Part shown: positions 1 through 11,044 of the stretch, one piece after another
How the letters are laid out: each line of letters opens with the position of its first letter
How positions within the stretch are numbered: the first letter of the stretch is position 1
Translations under genes and position numbers: made by a program
Notes under the pieces: model-generated
Told to the model about the DNA's origin: nothing
Database searches by the model: none
The model's input: only the letters and a program-made list of their open reading frames with translations
From: an uncultured bacterium
Lineage (GTDB): Bacteria; Krumholzibacteriota; Krumholzibacteriia; LZORAL124-64-63
Reading direction: 5' to 3'
Length of the DNA: 64,000 bases
NCBI GenBank assembly: GCA_903859215.1
Contig: CAIOLW010000161.1
Span: 23,131 to 87,130, forward strand

Positions 1-2103
<2,103 letters not shown>

Positions 2104-2131
2104 CACGGCCCGCTCAGAGAGAGGTTGACCG

Positions 2132-3307
2132 GTGTCCGACCACAAGCTGCTCAGCGCGATGCTGCGGCCGTTCTTCCGCAAGGGGAACAGCGCCCGGTTC
2201 TCGCTGCCTGACTGCCTGGGTGAGGACTCGCGCGTCCTGTGCATCGACGCGGGCGGCCTTAGCGACATGCTCTTCCACATGCCGCTCCTGACGGCCATGC
2301 GGCGGCGGTATCCCGGCATCGGCATGGACTTCCTGATGCCCGAGCAGCACGCGGCGCTCGTGGTCCCGAGCGGCCTGGCGCGCCAGTGCCTGATCTACAA
2401 GCCGGGCCAGTTGAATCCCTGGCGGCCGTCGTTCGCGTCCCTTCTCAAGCAGGTCGGCGCGGGCCACTACGACGTGGCGTTCGTGATGGCCCATGAGCCG
2501 CAGCCGGCGCTGGAGATGGTGGCCCTGGCCAGCGGCGCCGCGCTGCGCTACGGGCCTTCGCACGGCGGCGCCTGGCCGAGCATCAACTTCGAACTCCGCC
2601 CCGACGCGGACAGCTACCTCGGGGACAGGTTGCGACACGCGGCGCCTTTCTTCGGGTTCGCCGTCGCTGACCTCAAGACGAAATGGCCGCTGCCCCTGGA
2701 CAAGGTGCGGCAGATGGCGCAGCAGGTGCACTTCCACAAACCCAATGCGCGGCAGATGCTCGTCGGCATCGGGCCCGGGCGGACCCTGACCGGCGAGCCG
2801 GCCTCGATCGAGTCGTACCAGGCGGTGGCGCGCACCCTGGGGTCGCGGCTCGAGTGCCGGGTGATTCCGCTCGGCGATCCGCAGGACCAGGAACAGCTTG
2901 CCCGACTGGAGGTGCTGCTGGCGAATGTCCCGAGCGGACTCAGCCGGGACACGCTCCTGGAAGTCGTGCTCCTGCTTGCGCAGTGCGACCTGTTCGTCGG
3001 CGGCAACACCGACCTCTTCCACTTCGCCGTGGCCATGGGCGTGCCTGCGATCGGCCTGTTCACGGACGCTGACGAGCCCCGCTGGCGACCAACCGGGCGG
3101 GCGCAGGTTCGGCTCCTGGAACTCGACGACGCCGGCCGCATCGACCCGGACGTCCTGTTGGCTGCCGTCGACGCCGTGGCCGGCGATCGGCGCCGGGCTG
3201 CGTCCACGGCCGTGGCGCCATCCGCGTCGCCCGCCGCTCCGGCGAATGTGCCGACCGCCGCCCCCGGGAAGCCCGCGGCGTCCGCCAGCGATGCGGCCGC
3301 CCAGTGA
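2132..3307 (+). CDS. GT9-family glycosyltransferase (divergent heptosyltransferase-like) with Ala/Pro-rich C-terminal tail
   Basis: GTG start. C-terminal CDLFVGGNTDLFHFAVAMGVPAIGLF resembles the GT9 nucleotide-sugar motif. The N-terminal LGD motif is degenerate (GGLSDML). Confidence 0.7.
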   Translation: MSDHKLLSAMLRPFFRKGNSARFSLPDCLGEDSRVLCIDAGGLSDMLFHMPLLTAMRRRYPGIGMDFLMPEQHAALVVPSGLARQCLIYKPGQLNPWRPSFASLLKQVGAGHYDVAFVMAHEPQPALEMVALASGAALRYGPSHGGAWPSINFELRPDADSYLGDRLRHAAPFFGFAVADLKTKWPLPLDKVRQMAQQVHFHKPNARQMLVGIGPGRTLTGEPASIESYQAVARTLGSRLECRVIPLGDPQDQEQLARLEVLLANVPSGLSRDTLLEVVLLLAQCDLFVGGNTDLFHFAVAMGVPAIGLFTDADEPRWRPTGRAQVRLLELDDAGRIDPDVLLAAVDAVAGDRRRAASTAVAPSASPAAPANVPTAAPGKPAASASDAAAQ

Positions 3308-3345
3308 TCTGCGTTCCAGTGATCTGCGTTCCAGTGATCTGCGTC
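3301..3345. repeat. 15-bp direct tandem repeat x3 (CCAGTGATCTGCGTT; last unit ends in C)
   Basis: Read directly: units at 3301-3315, 3316-3330, 3331-3345. The first unit contains the TGA stop (3305-3307) of the upstream GT9 gene. Confidence 0.95.
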
Positions 3346-3383
3346 CCGCACTTCCGGCGTCCACTGGCCGCGCGGTCCGCGCC

Positions 3384-4508
3384 ATGAAACAACCCCGCCG
3401 CATCCTCGTCGTGGCGCCCAACTGGCTGGGCGATGTCGTCATGCTCACGCCGCTGCTGACCTGGCTGGACGCCGTGCGCCGCGCGCCCGGTGGGCCATCG
3501 CTCGAGCTTGCGCTCGCGGTCCGTGCGGCGTGGGCGCCGCTGTTTGCCGGCGATCCGCGCGTCGACGAACTCCTGGTCGCCGAACGACCTGGTCGCCATG
3601 ACGGGCTGCGTGGAATCGCGGCGCAGGCGGCGCGGTGGCGGCAGGGTCGTTTTGATGCGGCGCTTCTGGGGCCACCATCGCTGCGCGCCGCGCTGACCGC
3701 AGCGCTGGCGGGCGTCGACTTGCGAATCGGCCATCGCGGCGACGGAAGATCACTGCTGCTGACGAGCGCCCTGCCGCGAGCGCCGCGCGGTACGCGGCAC
3801 TACGCGTTGGAAATGCTGGACCTCGGGGCCGCGCTGGCAGGCATCGCGCGGTGGGAGAGGGCGGCCCTGCCTGCGCCGGAACCCGCCGAGGCCCGGTTGC
3901 AGGCGATGGCCTCGGCGATGACGCCGTCGGCGGAACGTCCGCTGTGGGCGCTGGGGCCGGGCACGACGTTCGGGCCGGCGAAGAACTGGCCCGCCGCGCC
4001 GATGGCGGCATTCGTTTCGGCCGCGGTCGCGACCGAAGGTGCGCGCGTGCTGCTGCTCGGGGACGCCGGCGCGGCGCCGATCATCGACGAATTGCGCCTG
4101 GCGCTGCCGGCGCTGCGTTGGACCCGCGGCATGGACGGCGGCGAATCGGCACTGCAGGCGGACGTGATCGACCTCAGCGGCTGCACGACGCTCCCGGAGG
4201 CGGTGGCCTGGCTCGGGCGCTGCCGCGCCTATGTCGGCAACGACAGCGGCTTGATGCACGTGGCGGCGGCGCTCGGGATACCCACGGTCGGGCTGTTCGG
4301 TTCGTCCAATCCCGACTGGACGCGACCGTCCGGCGCGTTTGTCGAGGTCGTCGCCGCCGATGGATTCGCCTGTCGTCCGTGCTACCGGCGCACGTGCAAC
4401 CATCCGGTATTCTGCCTGGGGGCCGTGGAGGGCGAGCGCGTCCTGCAAGCCGTGCAGCGGTTGCTCGCTGCGGCAGCCGGGCGCAGGGAAGGGAGCAGCC
4501 CGGGATGA
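3384..4508 (+). CDS. ADP-heptose:LPS heptosyltransferase (GT9, WaaF/RfaF-like)
   Basis: ATG 3384 in frame of ORF 2898..4508. MKQPRRILVVAPNWLGDVVMLTPLL is a canonical GT9 N-terminus. YVGNDSGLMHVAAALGIPTVGLFGSSNP is the C-terminal motif. Confidence 0.85.
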   Translation: MKQPRRILVVAPNWLGDVVMLTPLLTWLDAVRRAPGGPSLELALAVRAAWAPLFAGDPRVDELLVAERPGRHDGLRGIAAQAARWRQGRFDAALLGPPSLRAALTAALAGVDLRIGHRGDGRSLLLTSALPRAPRGTRHYALEMLDLGAALAGIARWERAALPAPEPAEARLQAMASAMTPSAERPLWALGPGTTFGPAKNWPAAPMAAFVSAAVATEGARVLLLGDAGAAPIIDELRLALPALRWTRGMDGGESALQADVIDLSGCTTLPEAVAWLGRCRAYVGNDSGLMHVAAALGIPTVGLFGSSNPDWTRPSGAFVEVVAADGFACRPCYRRTCNHPVFCLGAVEGERVLQAVQRLLAAAAGRREGSSPG

Positions 4509-5125
4509 TCTGGAAAGCCCCTGCCCGCGGCGAACGCCGCTCTGGACCGACGCTGTTCCTGGACCGTGACGGCGTGCTCATCGTCGACAAGGACTACCTG
4601 CGTGATCCGGCGGGTGTCGAACTGGTGCCCGGCGCCGCCGCGGCGCTGGTGCAGGCCGCCGCCGCCGGCCGCCTGCTGGTCGGGCTTTCGAACCAGAGCG
4701 GTTTCGGGCGCGGATTTTTCGGGCAGGCCGAACTGGCGGCCGTGATGGCGCGGGTCGAGGCCGACCTTGCGCGCGAAGGCGTGGTGCTCGACGGCCTGTA
4801 CTATTGCCCGCACGCGCCCGGTCAGGGGTGCCGCTGCCGAAAGCCAGGCCCGGGGCTCCTGGAGGAGGCGTCGGCGTCGTTCGAGTGGGACCAGGCGCGC
4901 TCGTGGATGATCGGCGACAAGGCGAGCGACGTGGAACTCGGACGCCGACACGGCCTCGGCGCGGTGCTGGTCGCCACCGGGCAGGGCGCCGTGCAGGAGG
5001 AACTTGTCCGCGCGGCGTGGCCTGACGACGCGCGCGTGCTCTTCGCGGCCGACCTGCCGGCGGCGATCGAGGCAATCCTGGCGCTTGACGAGGGCGGCGC
5101 GAATGACCGGGGGAGCACGGCGTGA
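4505..5125 (+). CDS. gmhB: D-glycero-D-manno-heptose 1,7-bisphosphate phosphatase
   Basis: ATG 4505 overlaps the upstream stop (ATGA). HAD motif LFLDRDGVLI, GLSNQSG, and Zn-binding CPHAPGQGCRCRKPGPGLL typical of GmhB. Confidence 0.85.
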   Translation: MIWKAPARGERRSGPTLFLDRDGVLIVDKDYLRDPAGVELVPGAAAALVQAAAAGRLLVGLSNQSGFGRGFFGQAELAAVMARVEADLAREGVVLDGLYYCPHAPGQGCRCRKPGPGLLEEASASFEWDQARSWMIGDKASDVELGRRHGLGAVLVATGQGAVQEELVRAAWPDDARVLFAADLPAAIEAILALDEGGANDRGSTA

Positions 5126-6315
5126 CCTGGCTCCTGGACGACCGTCCGCTCAAGCGGGCGCTGGTCACGCGGCTGCGCTACCTGGGCGATGTCGTGATGT
5201 CGACCGTCGTGGTCGCTGCCCTGCGACGCGGCGACCCGGACCTGGACATCGGCTACCTGTGCGAGGCGGCGCATGCGCCCGTCCTTGACGGCCAGCCCGA
5301 CCTGGCGCGCGTGCACGCGCTGGCGACCGGCCGGCGCGGCGCCGATGCGCGTGCGCGTGAGGCCGGCAGCGCACGCGCGCGCACCGTGGGCCGCCCGACT
5401 GCGGGCCTGGTCGGCGACCTGCGCGCGCAAAGCTACGACGTCGCGATCGACCTCTTCTTCAACCCCCGCAGCGCCTGGCTGCTGCGCCTGTCGGGCATCG
5501 GCCGACGGTTGGCCGGGCCGGCCGGCTCGCGGGGCTGGCTCTACACGCACCAGTCCGCCGCCGGGGCGGCGCGCGGGCACGGCGGCTGGGAACAGTTGGC
5601 TCCCGGGGGTTTGGGAGACCACCTGTCGCGCCTGTCCCCGCTTGTGCACGCCGAGAGCGGTTGCGGCTTCGTCGAATGGTTCCTGGCCCAGGGCGGGCGC
5701 GCCCTCCCGCAATTGGGCGAGCGCCCCGCCGCCCGGGCGAACGTTGCCGCCGTGCTGGCCAAGGCCGGGCTTCCGGTGGAGGCGCCCTACCTGGTGCTCG
5801 CGCCCGGCGCGACCTGGGCCACCAAGCGGTGGCCCGCCCCGCACTGGGCCGCGCTGGCCGCTCGGTTGCTTGAGGCTTGGCCTGGCTCACTTGTCGTGCT
5901 GACCGCGCCGGGGACGGTTGGGGCAGACGGGGCTGACGGGGCTGGACTGTCGGCGGGCATGGCGGCGGCCGGCCGCGCGGTGGTGCTGCCCGTGCTGCCG
6001 CTGCCCGAGGTTCTGGACCTGCTGGCCGCAGCCGCGGCGCTGGTGAGCGTGGACGGCGGCGTGATGCACGCGGCCGTCGGCCTCGGGACACCAACGGTCG
6101 CCTTGTTCGGGCCCACCGATCCCGCGCTCTGGTTCCCGTACGTAGGCAACGGACCGTTCCGGGTGCTGGCGACGCGACCGGGGTGCCACCCTTGCGATCG
6201 GCACGAATGCGACGCGTTCATCTGCCTGCCCGACCTGGCCCCGGCGACCGTCGCGGACGAATTGATGGCCGTACTGGCGGGCGCCACCGGCAAGCGCGGC
6301 AAGGAGCGGACGTGA
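5122..6315 (+). CDS. GT9-family heptosyltransferase paralog
   Basis: GTG start overlaps the gmhB stop. RLRYLGDVVMSTVV N-terminal motif; VSVDGGVMHAAVGLGTPTVALFGPTDP C-terminal motif. Confidence 0.8.
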   Translation: MTWLLDDRPLKRALVTRLRYLGDVVMSTVVVAALRRGDPDLDIGYLCEAAHAPVLDGQPDLARVHALATGRRGADARAREAGSARARTVGRPTAGLVGDLRAQSYDVAIDLFFNPRSAWLLRLSGIGRRLAGPAGSRGWLYTHQSAAGAARGHGGWEQLAPGGLGDHLSRLSPLVHAESGCGFVEWFLAQGGRALPQLGERPAARANVAAVLAKAGLPVEAPYLVLAPGATWATKRWPAPHWAALAARLLEAWPGSLVVLTAPGTVGADGADGAGLSAGMAAAGRAVVLPVLPLPEVLDLLAAAAALVSVDGGVMHAAVGLGTPTVALFGPTDPALWFPYVGNGPFRVLATRPGCHPCDRHECDAFICLPDLAPATVADELMAVLAGATGKRGKERT

Positions 6316-7388
6316 AGGCGCCGCGCGAGGATTTCCGCCGCATCCTGCTGATCCGGCGCAAGGCGCTCGGCGATGCGCTCGTTTCGCTTCCAGCCGCGGT
6401 GGCGATCGCGGACGCCTGGCCGGCCGCCCGTGTCGACCTGGTCGTCGATCGTGCGCTGGCGCCGCTGTTTCGCGACCTGGCGCCGAACCTCGAGGTCGTC
6501 GCGTATCCGGGCGCGGAAGGGCAATCGTGGCTGGCCTGGTTGCGCGCCCGGAGCTACGACCTGGTCGTCGATTGGCTGGGCAGCCCGCGGACCGCTCTCT
6601 GGACGGCATGCTCGGGGGCGCGCGTGCGCGTGGGCTACGACCTGCCGCGCCGGCGCTGGGCGTACAACGTCCGCGTGCCGCGCAACCGCCTGGGCGGGCA
6701 GGCACTGCGGGGTTTTGCCGGTGAGGCGTTCCTCGATCCCCTGCGGGCGCTGGGCCTGGACCCGGCGCCGTGGTCACCGGCCATGGCCCCGTCTCCCCCG
6801 CGGTCGACGGCGGGCGGGGCGGCGCCGACCTTGTTCGACGGCTGGCTCGACCAGTGGCAGGCGGGAGCGGAGGCGCCCCGTGTCGTGCTCGTGATGAGCG
6901 CGACCTGGAGCGCGAAGGCCTGGCCCGCCCGCCACGTCGCCGGCCTGTGGAAGGCCCTGCACAAGAGCGGCGCGCGGGTCGTCCTGGCGCCGGGCCCGGG
7001 GGACGAGGCGCTGGTCGCCGCGCTGACTGCCGACCTGCCGGCATCAGCCTTCGCGCCACCGTCCTCGTTGCGGGACATGGCGCGCCTGCTGCGCGCCACG
7101 GATCTCTTCGTCGGCACCGACAACGGGCTGCGGCACCTCGCGGCGGCCCTCGGCGTGCCCACGGTCACGGTGTTCGGCCCGACCGACCCCGGAGGGTGGA
7201 ACCCGCCCGGCCCGCGCCACGTTAGTGTGCGGCGCGGCGAGACGTGCTCGCCGTGCGACCTGACCGAATGCCCGGTGGGGGGACACCCCTGCCTCGAACT
7301 TCTCGGGCCGGATCCCGTAGCCGAGGCGGCGCTGCGCCTGTTGGGGGCAACCGGCCGCGGCGCCGAACGGAAGGCGAACACGTGTTGA
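6312..7388 (+). CDS. GT9-family heptosyltransferase paralog
   Basis: GTG 6312 overlaps the upstream stop (GTGA), in frame with ORF 6183..7388. ILLIRRKALGDALVSLPA; FVGTDNGLRHLAAALGVPTVTVFGPTDP. Confidence 0.8.
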   Translation: MKAPREDFRRILLIRRKALGDALVSLPAAVAIADAWPAARVDLVVDRALAPLFRDLAPNLEVVAYPGAEGQSWLAWLRARSYDLVVDWLGSPRTALWTACSGARVRVGYDLPRRRWAYNVRVPRNRLGGQALRGFAGEAFLDPLRALGLDPAPWSPAMAPSPPRSTAGGAAPTLFDGWLDQWQAGAEAPRVVLVMSATWSAKAWPARHVAGLWKALHKSGARVVLAPGPGDEALVAALTADLPASAFAPPSSLRDMARLLRATDLFVGTDNGLRHLAAALGVPTVTVFGPTDPGGWNPPGPRHVSVRRGETCSPCDLTECPVGGHPCLELLGPDPVAEAALRLLGATGRGAERKANTC

Positions 7389-8227
7389 ACGGACTCTCCC
7401 GCCGGCGCGGGCCGCGGCGCGTCGCGATGGCCCTGGCGGTCGCGGCCCTGGCCCTGGTGTCCGCGTCGGCCGTCGTACCGGCTGAGGAAGCCGCCCCGGT
7501 TGCCGCTGCCGCGCCCCCGTCGGGACCCGCACCCACCGTCTACGGCCCCGGCGAGCGGATGGTCTTCGAGATCAACTACGGCCCGGTCAACGCCGGGGAA
7601 GGCACGCTCGAGACCATCGGAACGGTCGATCATCTGGGCCGGACGTGCTACCATGTCGAGAGCACGACGAACAGCAACCGGTTCTTCTCGTCGATCTACA
7701 AGGTGCGCGACAAGATCGTCACCTACATCGACGTGAACGACCTGAGCAGCGCCTACTTCTACAAGCGCCTGCGCGAAGGCGACTACAAGAAGACGCTGGA
7801 GATCAACTTCGACCGCGCAGCCGGCATGGCGGTCTATGGCGACGACACGCCGCTGGCGGTGCCGCCCGGCATCCAGGACGAGTTGTCCGCATTCTACTTC
7901 GTGCGGAACCTGGACCTCGAGGCGGGTACGGACCTGACGCTGCCGGCGCACACGTCGCGGCGCACGTACGCGATGCGGGTCATCGTGCACGGGCGCGAGA
8001 CCGTCGAGGTGCCGGCCGGGAAGTTCGAGTGCTTCGTGGTCGAGCCGGTGCTCGAGGGCGAGGGATTGTTCAAGAGCGATGGCCGCATCCTGCTCTACCT
8101 GAGCACCGACGAGCGGCGCATCCCGGTGCTGATGAAGGCGAAGGTGCCGGTCGGCTCGATCGATGTCGCATTGAAGGAATACCGGGCAGGGACGCCGCTG
8201 GCGCCGCTGCACCCGGGCGGCCGCTGA
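7382..8227 (+). CDS. Secreted DUF3108-like protein
   Basis: GTG 7382 preceded by GGAAGG. Signal-like RRVAMALAVAALALVSASA. The pattern GERMVFEINYGPVNAGEG...SSIYKVRDKIVTYID is recalled as DUF3108 from memory, not searched. Confidence 0.55.
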   Translation: MLNGLSRRRGPRRVAMALAVAALALVSASAVVPAEEAAPVAAAAPPSGPAPTVYGPGERMVFEINYGPVNAGEGTLETIGTVDHLGRTCYHVESTTNSNRFFSSIYKVRDKIVTYIDVNDLSSAYFYKRLREGDYKKTLEINFDRAAGMAVYGDDTPLAVPPGIQDELSAFYFVRNLDLEAGTDLTLPAHTSRRTYAMRVIVHGRETVEVPAGKFECFVVEPVLEGEGLFKSDGRILLYLSTDERRIPVLMKAKVPVGSIDVALKEYRAGTPLAPLHPGGR

Positions 8228-8257
8228 GCGGCCGGGACCCATGACCGAGGCGGAGGC

Positions 8258-9847
8258 ATGACTCCTGACCATCGTCGATCGCCGTTCGTCCCGCCCGCCG
8301 ACTGGCTGGCGGACGTCGACGCCCCGTCCGAGGGCGCTCCCGGCGCGGGCTTCCTGCTCGCGATGACCCTCCTGGCGGCAGTGCCGCGGCTCATCGGGCT
8401 GCGGGCGCAATCGCTGTGGGTCGACGAAATCCTGACGTGGCACGCCGTCCGGCCCGGGCACAATCTGGCATTCTGGGAGCAGCTGCACGACACCATCCAG
8501 GGCCCGCTGTACACAGCCGTCGCGTGGCTGCTGGTCAGGCTGGGCGATCCCGAACTGATGATGCGCCTGCCGCTGGCGATCGCCGGCGTCCTGACGATCC
8601 CTGCCTTCGGTGTTCTCGCCGGTCGGCTGGTGGACGGCCGTTCGGCGCGGCTGGCCGTGCTGCTGCTGGCCATCAACCCGTTCCATGTCTGGTACAGCCA
8701 GGAGGGGCGTGGCTACGGGTTCCTGATGTTCTTCGCGGTGCTGGCCGCGATCGCGTACCTGGACCTGGCCGCCGGGCGCCTGCGCCGGCGCAACATCATC
8801 GCGTTCATTGCGAGCGTGTCCGCCTGCATCCTCAGCAACCTGTCGGGCGTGTTCCTGTGGGGCGCGATGGCAGCGACGATGATGTTCGTCGACCGCCCCC
8901 GCCTCGGGCGCGACCGCCTGCTCGTGGCGCTCGCCTTCGGCGGCGTGCTGCTGGTGACGATGCCGTGGCTCCTGCAGGCGTCGGGAATCTGGGCCGTCCA
9001 TCGCATGGTGCCCGGCGTCGGGGTGGGAGAGGCCCTGCGGGGCGAGACGACGTTCACACCCGCCGCCCTGCCGTACACGCTGCTGACGTTCTTCTACGGC
9101 TACAGCCTCGGCCCGTCGCTGACGGAGCTGCACCGCCCGGACCGCGCGCACCTGCTGCAGGCGGCGCTGCCGCTCCTGGCGGTGGCCGGCGCCGCGGTGG
9201 CCCTCGCGCTGGCGGGTGGCATCGGGCGCCGGGCCGACCGCGGGCGGGCCCGGCTGCTGATCTGGATCCTTGTGCCGGTGGTCGTGCTGGCGGCGCTCGC
9301 GCTGCGCAACGTGAAGCCGTGGAACCCGCGCTACGTGTCGGTCGTGCTGCCGATGGTGCTGCTGCTGGCGGCCCGGGGCCTGGTGCGGCTGCCGCGCGCC
9401 GCGGGCGCGCTCGGCGCGACGGTCCTGCTGGCCCTGACGGTGTGGTCGCTGGGCGCGGGCCGCGCCGACCCCCGCTACGCGCGCGAGGATGTCCGCGAGG
9501 CGGCGCGCGTCGTCGCCGCAGCGGCGGCCCCGGGTGATGCCGTCATGGTGCCGGTCGTGACCGACGTCTACGAATTCTACGACCGCGGCCACCAACCCCT
9601 GGTCGGCGGCTACGCGAAGCCCCCGCTGGCGTCGGCGACGCAGGCGGATACCTGGTGCGCCGCGACCCTGGCGGGTCGCGACCGTTGCTGGGTGGTGCTG
9701 GCCCGCGACTGGTACTTCGACCCGCGGGGCGAACTGGAACCGGCGCTGGCGCGGCTCGGCACCATGCGACTGGTGGCGCAGCCGGCAGGCACGCGCATCT
9801 ATGCCTGGGAGCGGGCCGGTACCGGCAGGGCGGCGCATGGGGGTTGA
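8258..9847 (+). CDS. Polytopic membrane glycosyltransferase, GT39/ArnT (PMT_2)-like
   Basis: 529 aa, many hydrophobic spans. First-loop SLWVDEILTW (DE motif) and NPFHVWYSQEGRGYGF are typical of this family. GGAGGC precedes the ATG. Confidence 0.7.
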   Translation: MTPDHRRSPFVPPADWLADVDAPSEGAPGAGFLLAMTLLAAVPRLIGLRAQSLWVDEILTWHAVRPGHNLAFWEQLHDTIQGPLYTAVAWLLVRLGDPELMMRLPLAIAGVLTIPAFGVLAGRLVDGRSARLAVLLLAINPFHVWYSQEGRGYGFLMFFAVLAAIAYLDLAAGRLRRRNIIAFIASVSACILSNLSGVFLWGAMAATMMFVDRPRLGRDRLLVALAFGGVLLVTMPWLLQASGIWAVHRMVPGVGVGEALRGETTFTPAALPYTLLTFFYGYSLGPSLTELHRPDRAHLLQAALPLLAVAGAAVALALAGGIGRRADRGRARLLIWILVPVVVLAALALRNVKPWNPRYVSVVLPMVLLLAARGLVRLPRAAGALGATVLLALTVWSLGAGRADPRYAREDVREAARVVAAAAAPGDAVMVPVVTDVYEFYDRGHQPLVGGYAKPPLASATQADTWCAATLAGRDRCWVVLARDWYFDPRGELEPALARLGTMRLVAQPAGTRIYAWERAGTGRAAHGG

Positions 9848-10520
9848 GTACTTCTACGGCGATCGCGCGGGCTACGACGCGTTCGTGGCGCCGACGGCGG
9901 GCGCCTCGCGCGGCGGCGGCGCGTACCGTTTCGCGAAACGCGCCTTCGACGTGGCGGCCGGCCTGTGCGGTTTGTTCCTGGTGATGCCGCTGCTGCCGTT
10001 CATCGTGCTGCTGATCAAGCTCGAGACGCCGGGGCCGGTCCTCTTCCGGCAGGCGCGCGTCGGTCGCTTCGGGCGCATGTTCGCCTGCTACAAGTTCCGC
10101 TCGATGGCGGTGGACGCGGAGTCGCTGAAGGACCACCTAGTCCACCTCAACGAGGCCACCGGCGCCGCGTTCAAGATCAAGGACGACCCGCGCATCACCG
10201 GCGTCGGTCGATTCCTGAGGCGCAGCAGCCTGGACGAGTTTCCGCAGTTGCTCAACGTGCTGCGCGGCGACATGTCGGTGGTCGGGCCGCGTCCGCAGAT
10301 CCCGACCGAAGTCGCCGACTACACGCCCGCGCAGGCGCAACGGCTGGCGGTCAAGCCCGGCCTGACCTGCCTGTGGCAGGTCTCGGGGCGCAGCCACCTG
10401 GACTTCACCGAATGGATGGAACTGGACCGCCAGTACGTGGCGGCGGCCGGCGCGGGGCTCGACCTGCGCATCCTGTGGCGCACGTTGCCGGCGGTCATCC
10501 AGAGGAAGGGCGCGTATTGA
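9837..10520 (+). CDS. Polyprenyl-phosphate sugar phosphotransferase (bacterial sugar transferase family)
   Basis: One N-terminal TM helix, then KFRSM...FKIKDDPRITGVGRFLRRSSLDEFPQLLNVLRGDMSVVGPRP. The start could also be ATG 9801. Confidence 0.85.
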   Translation: MGVEYFYGDRAGYDAFVAPTAGASRGGGAYRFAKRAFDVAAGLCGLFLVMPLLPFIVLLIKLETPGPVLFRQARVGRFGRMFACYKFRSMAVDAESLKDHLVHLNEATGAAFKIKDDPRITGVGRFLRRSSLDEFPQLLNVLRGDMSVVGPRPQIPTEVADYTPAQAQRLAVKPGLTCLWQVSGRSHLDFTEWMELDRQYVAAAGAGLDLRILWRTLPAVIQRKGAY

Positions 10521-10903
10521 GCCTCCGCGGCATCGGAACCGACCTCGTGGCGGTCGGGCGCGTGGAAGCGCTGCTCGGCCGGCACGGCTCGCGATTCCTG
10601 GCGCGTTGCTTCCGGCCGGGCGAGATCGCGACCAGCGCCGCCGGCCCTGCCCGGGCCGATCTTGCGGCCCATGTGGCGGGCCGCTGGGCCGTCAAGGAGG
10701 CCTGCCTGAAGGCCCTCGGCGGGGATGTCCGCGGTATTCCCTACCGGGATGTCGAGGTGCGCCGGACGGCCGGCGGCGCCCCTGAAGTGGTCGTGCACGG
10801 GCGTGCTGCGACCGCGCTGGCCGCCGCCGGGGGACGACGTATCTGGGCCTCCCTCAGCCACGAGCGCGACCTGGCCATCGGGTTCGTGGTCATCGAGGAC
10901 TGA
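10517..10903 (+). CDS. acpS: Holo-[acyl-carrier-protein] synthase
   Basis: TTG 10517 overlaps the upstream TGA. GIGTDLVAVGRVE, RWAVKEACLKALG and SLSHERDLAIGFVVIE match AcpS. Confidence 0.85.
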   Translation: MSLRGIGTDLVAVGRVEALLGRHGSRFLARCFRPGEIATSAAGPARADLAAHVAGRWAVKEACLKALGGDVRGIPYRDVEVRRTAGGAPEVVVHGRAATALAAAGGRRIWASLSHERDLAIGFVVIED

Positions 10904-10940
10904 ACCCGCAGGGCGGCCGGCCACCGGCCGGGCTGCGGAC

Positions 10941-10969
10941 TTGGCCGGTTCGCGCGTGTGTGCTAGATT
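10941..10969 (+). promoter_or_regulatory. Sigma70-like promoter candidate (TTGGCC-17-TAGATT) upstream of the PhzF-like gene
   Basis: Hexamers read at 10941-10946 and 10964-10969, in the 141-nt gap after acpS. Confidence 0.4.
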
Positions 10970-11044
10970 CAGCGACCTGGCGCCGGCCCCGGGCATGCCC
11001 GTGGCCGCCGGCGCTCCATCGAAAGCCGGGACGGACGCCACCCA

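Noticed and set aside
3291-3383. Possible N-terminal extension of the second GT9 gene from ATG 3291, encoding an SDLRS pentapeptide repeat.
   Set aside because: The GT9 fold begins at MKQPRRILVV (ATG 3384), as in canonical heptosyltransferases. No RBS supports 3291. The repeat is more simply intergenic or stop-region DNA. Kept only as a note within the tandem-repeat finding.
10906-10938. GC-rich imperfect hairpin after acpS, considered as a possible terminator.
   Set aside because: The stem has two internal mismatches and no downstream T tract, so an intrinsic terminator cannot be supported from sequence alone.
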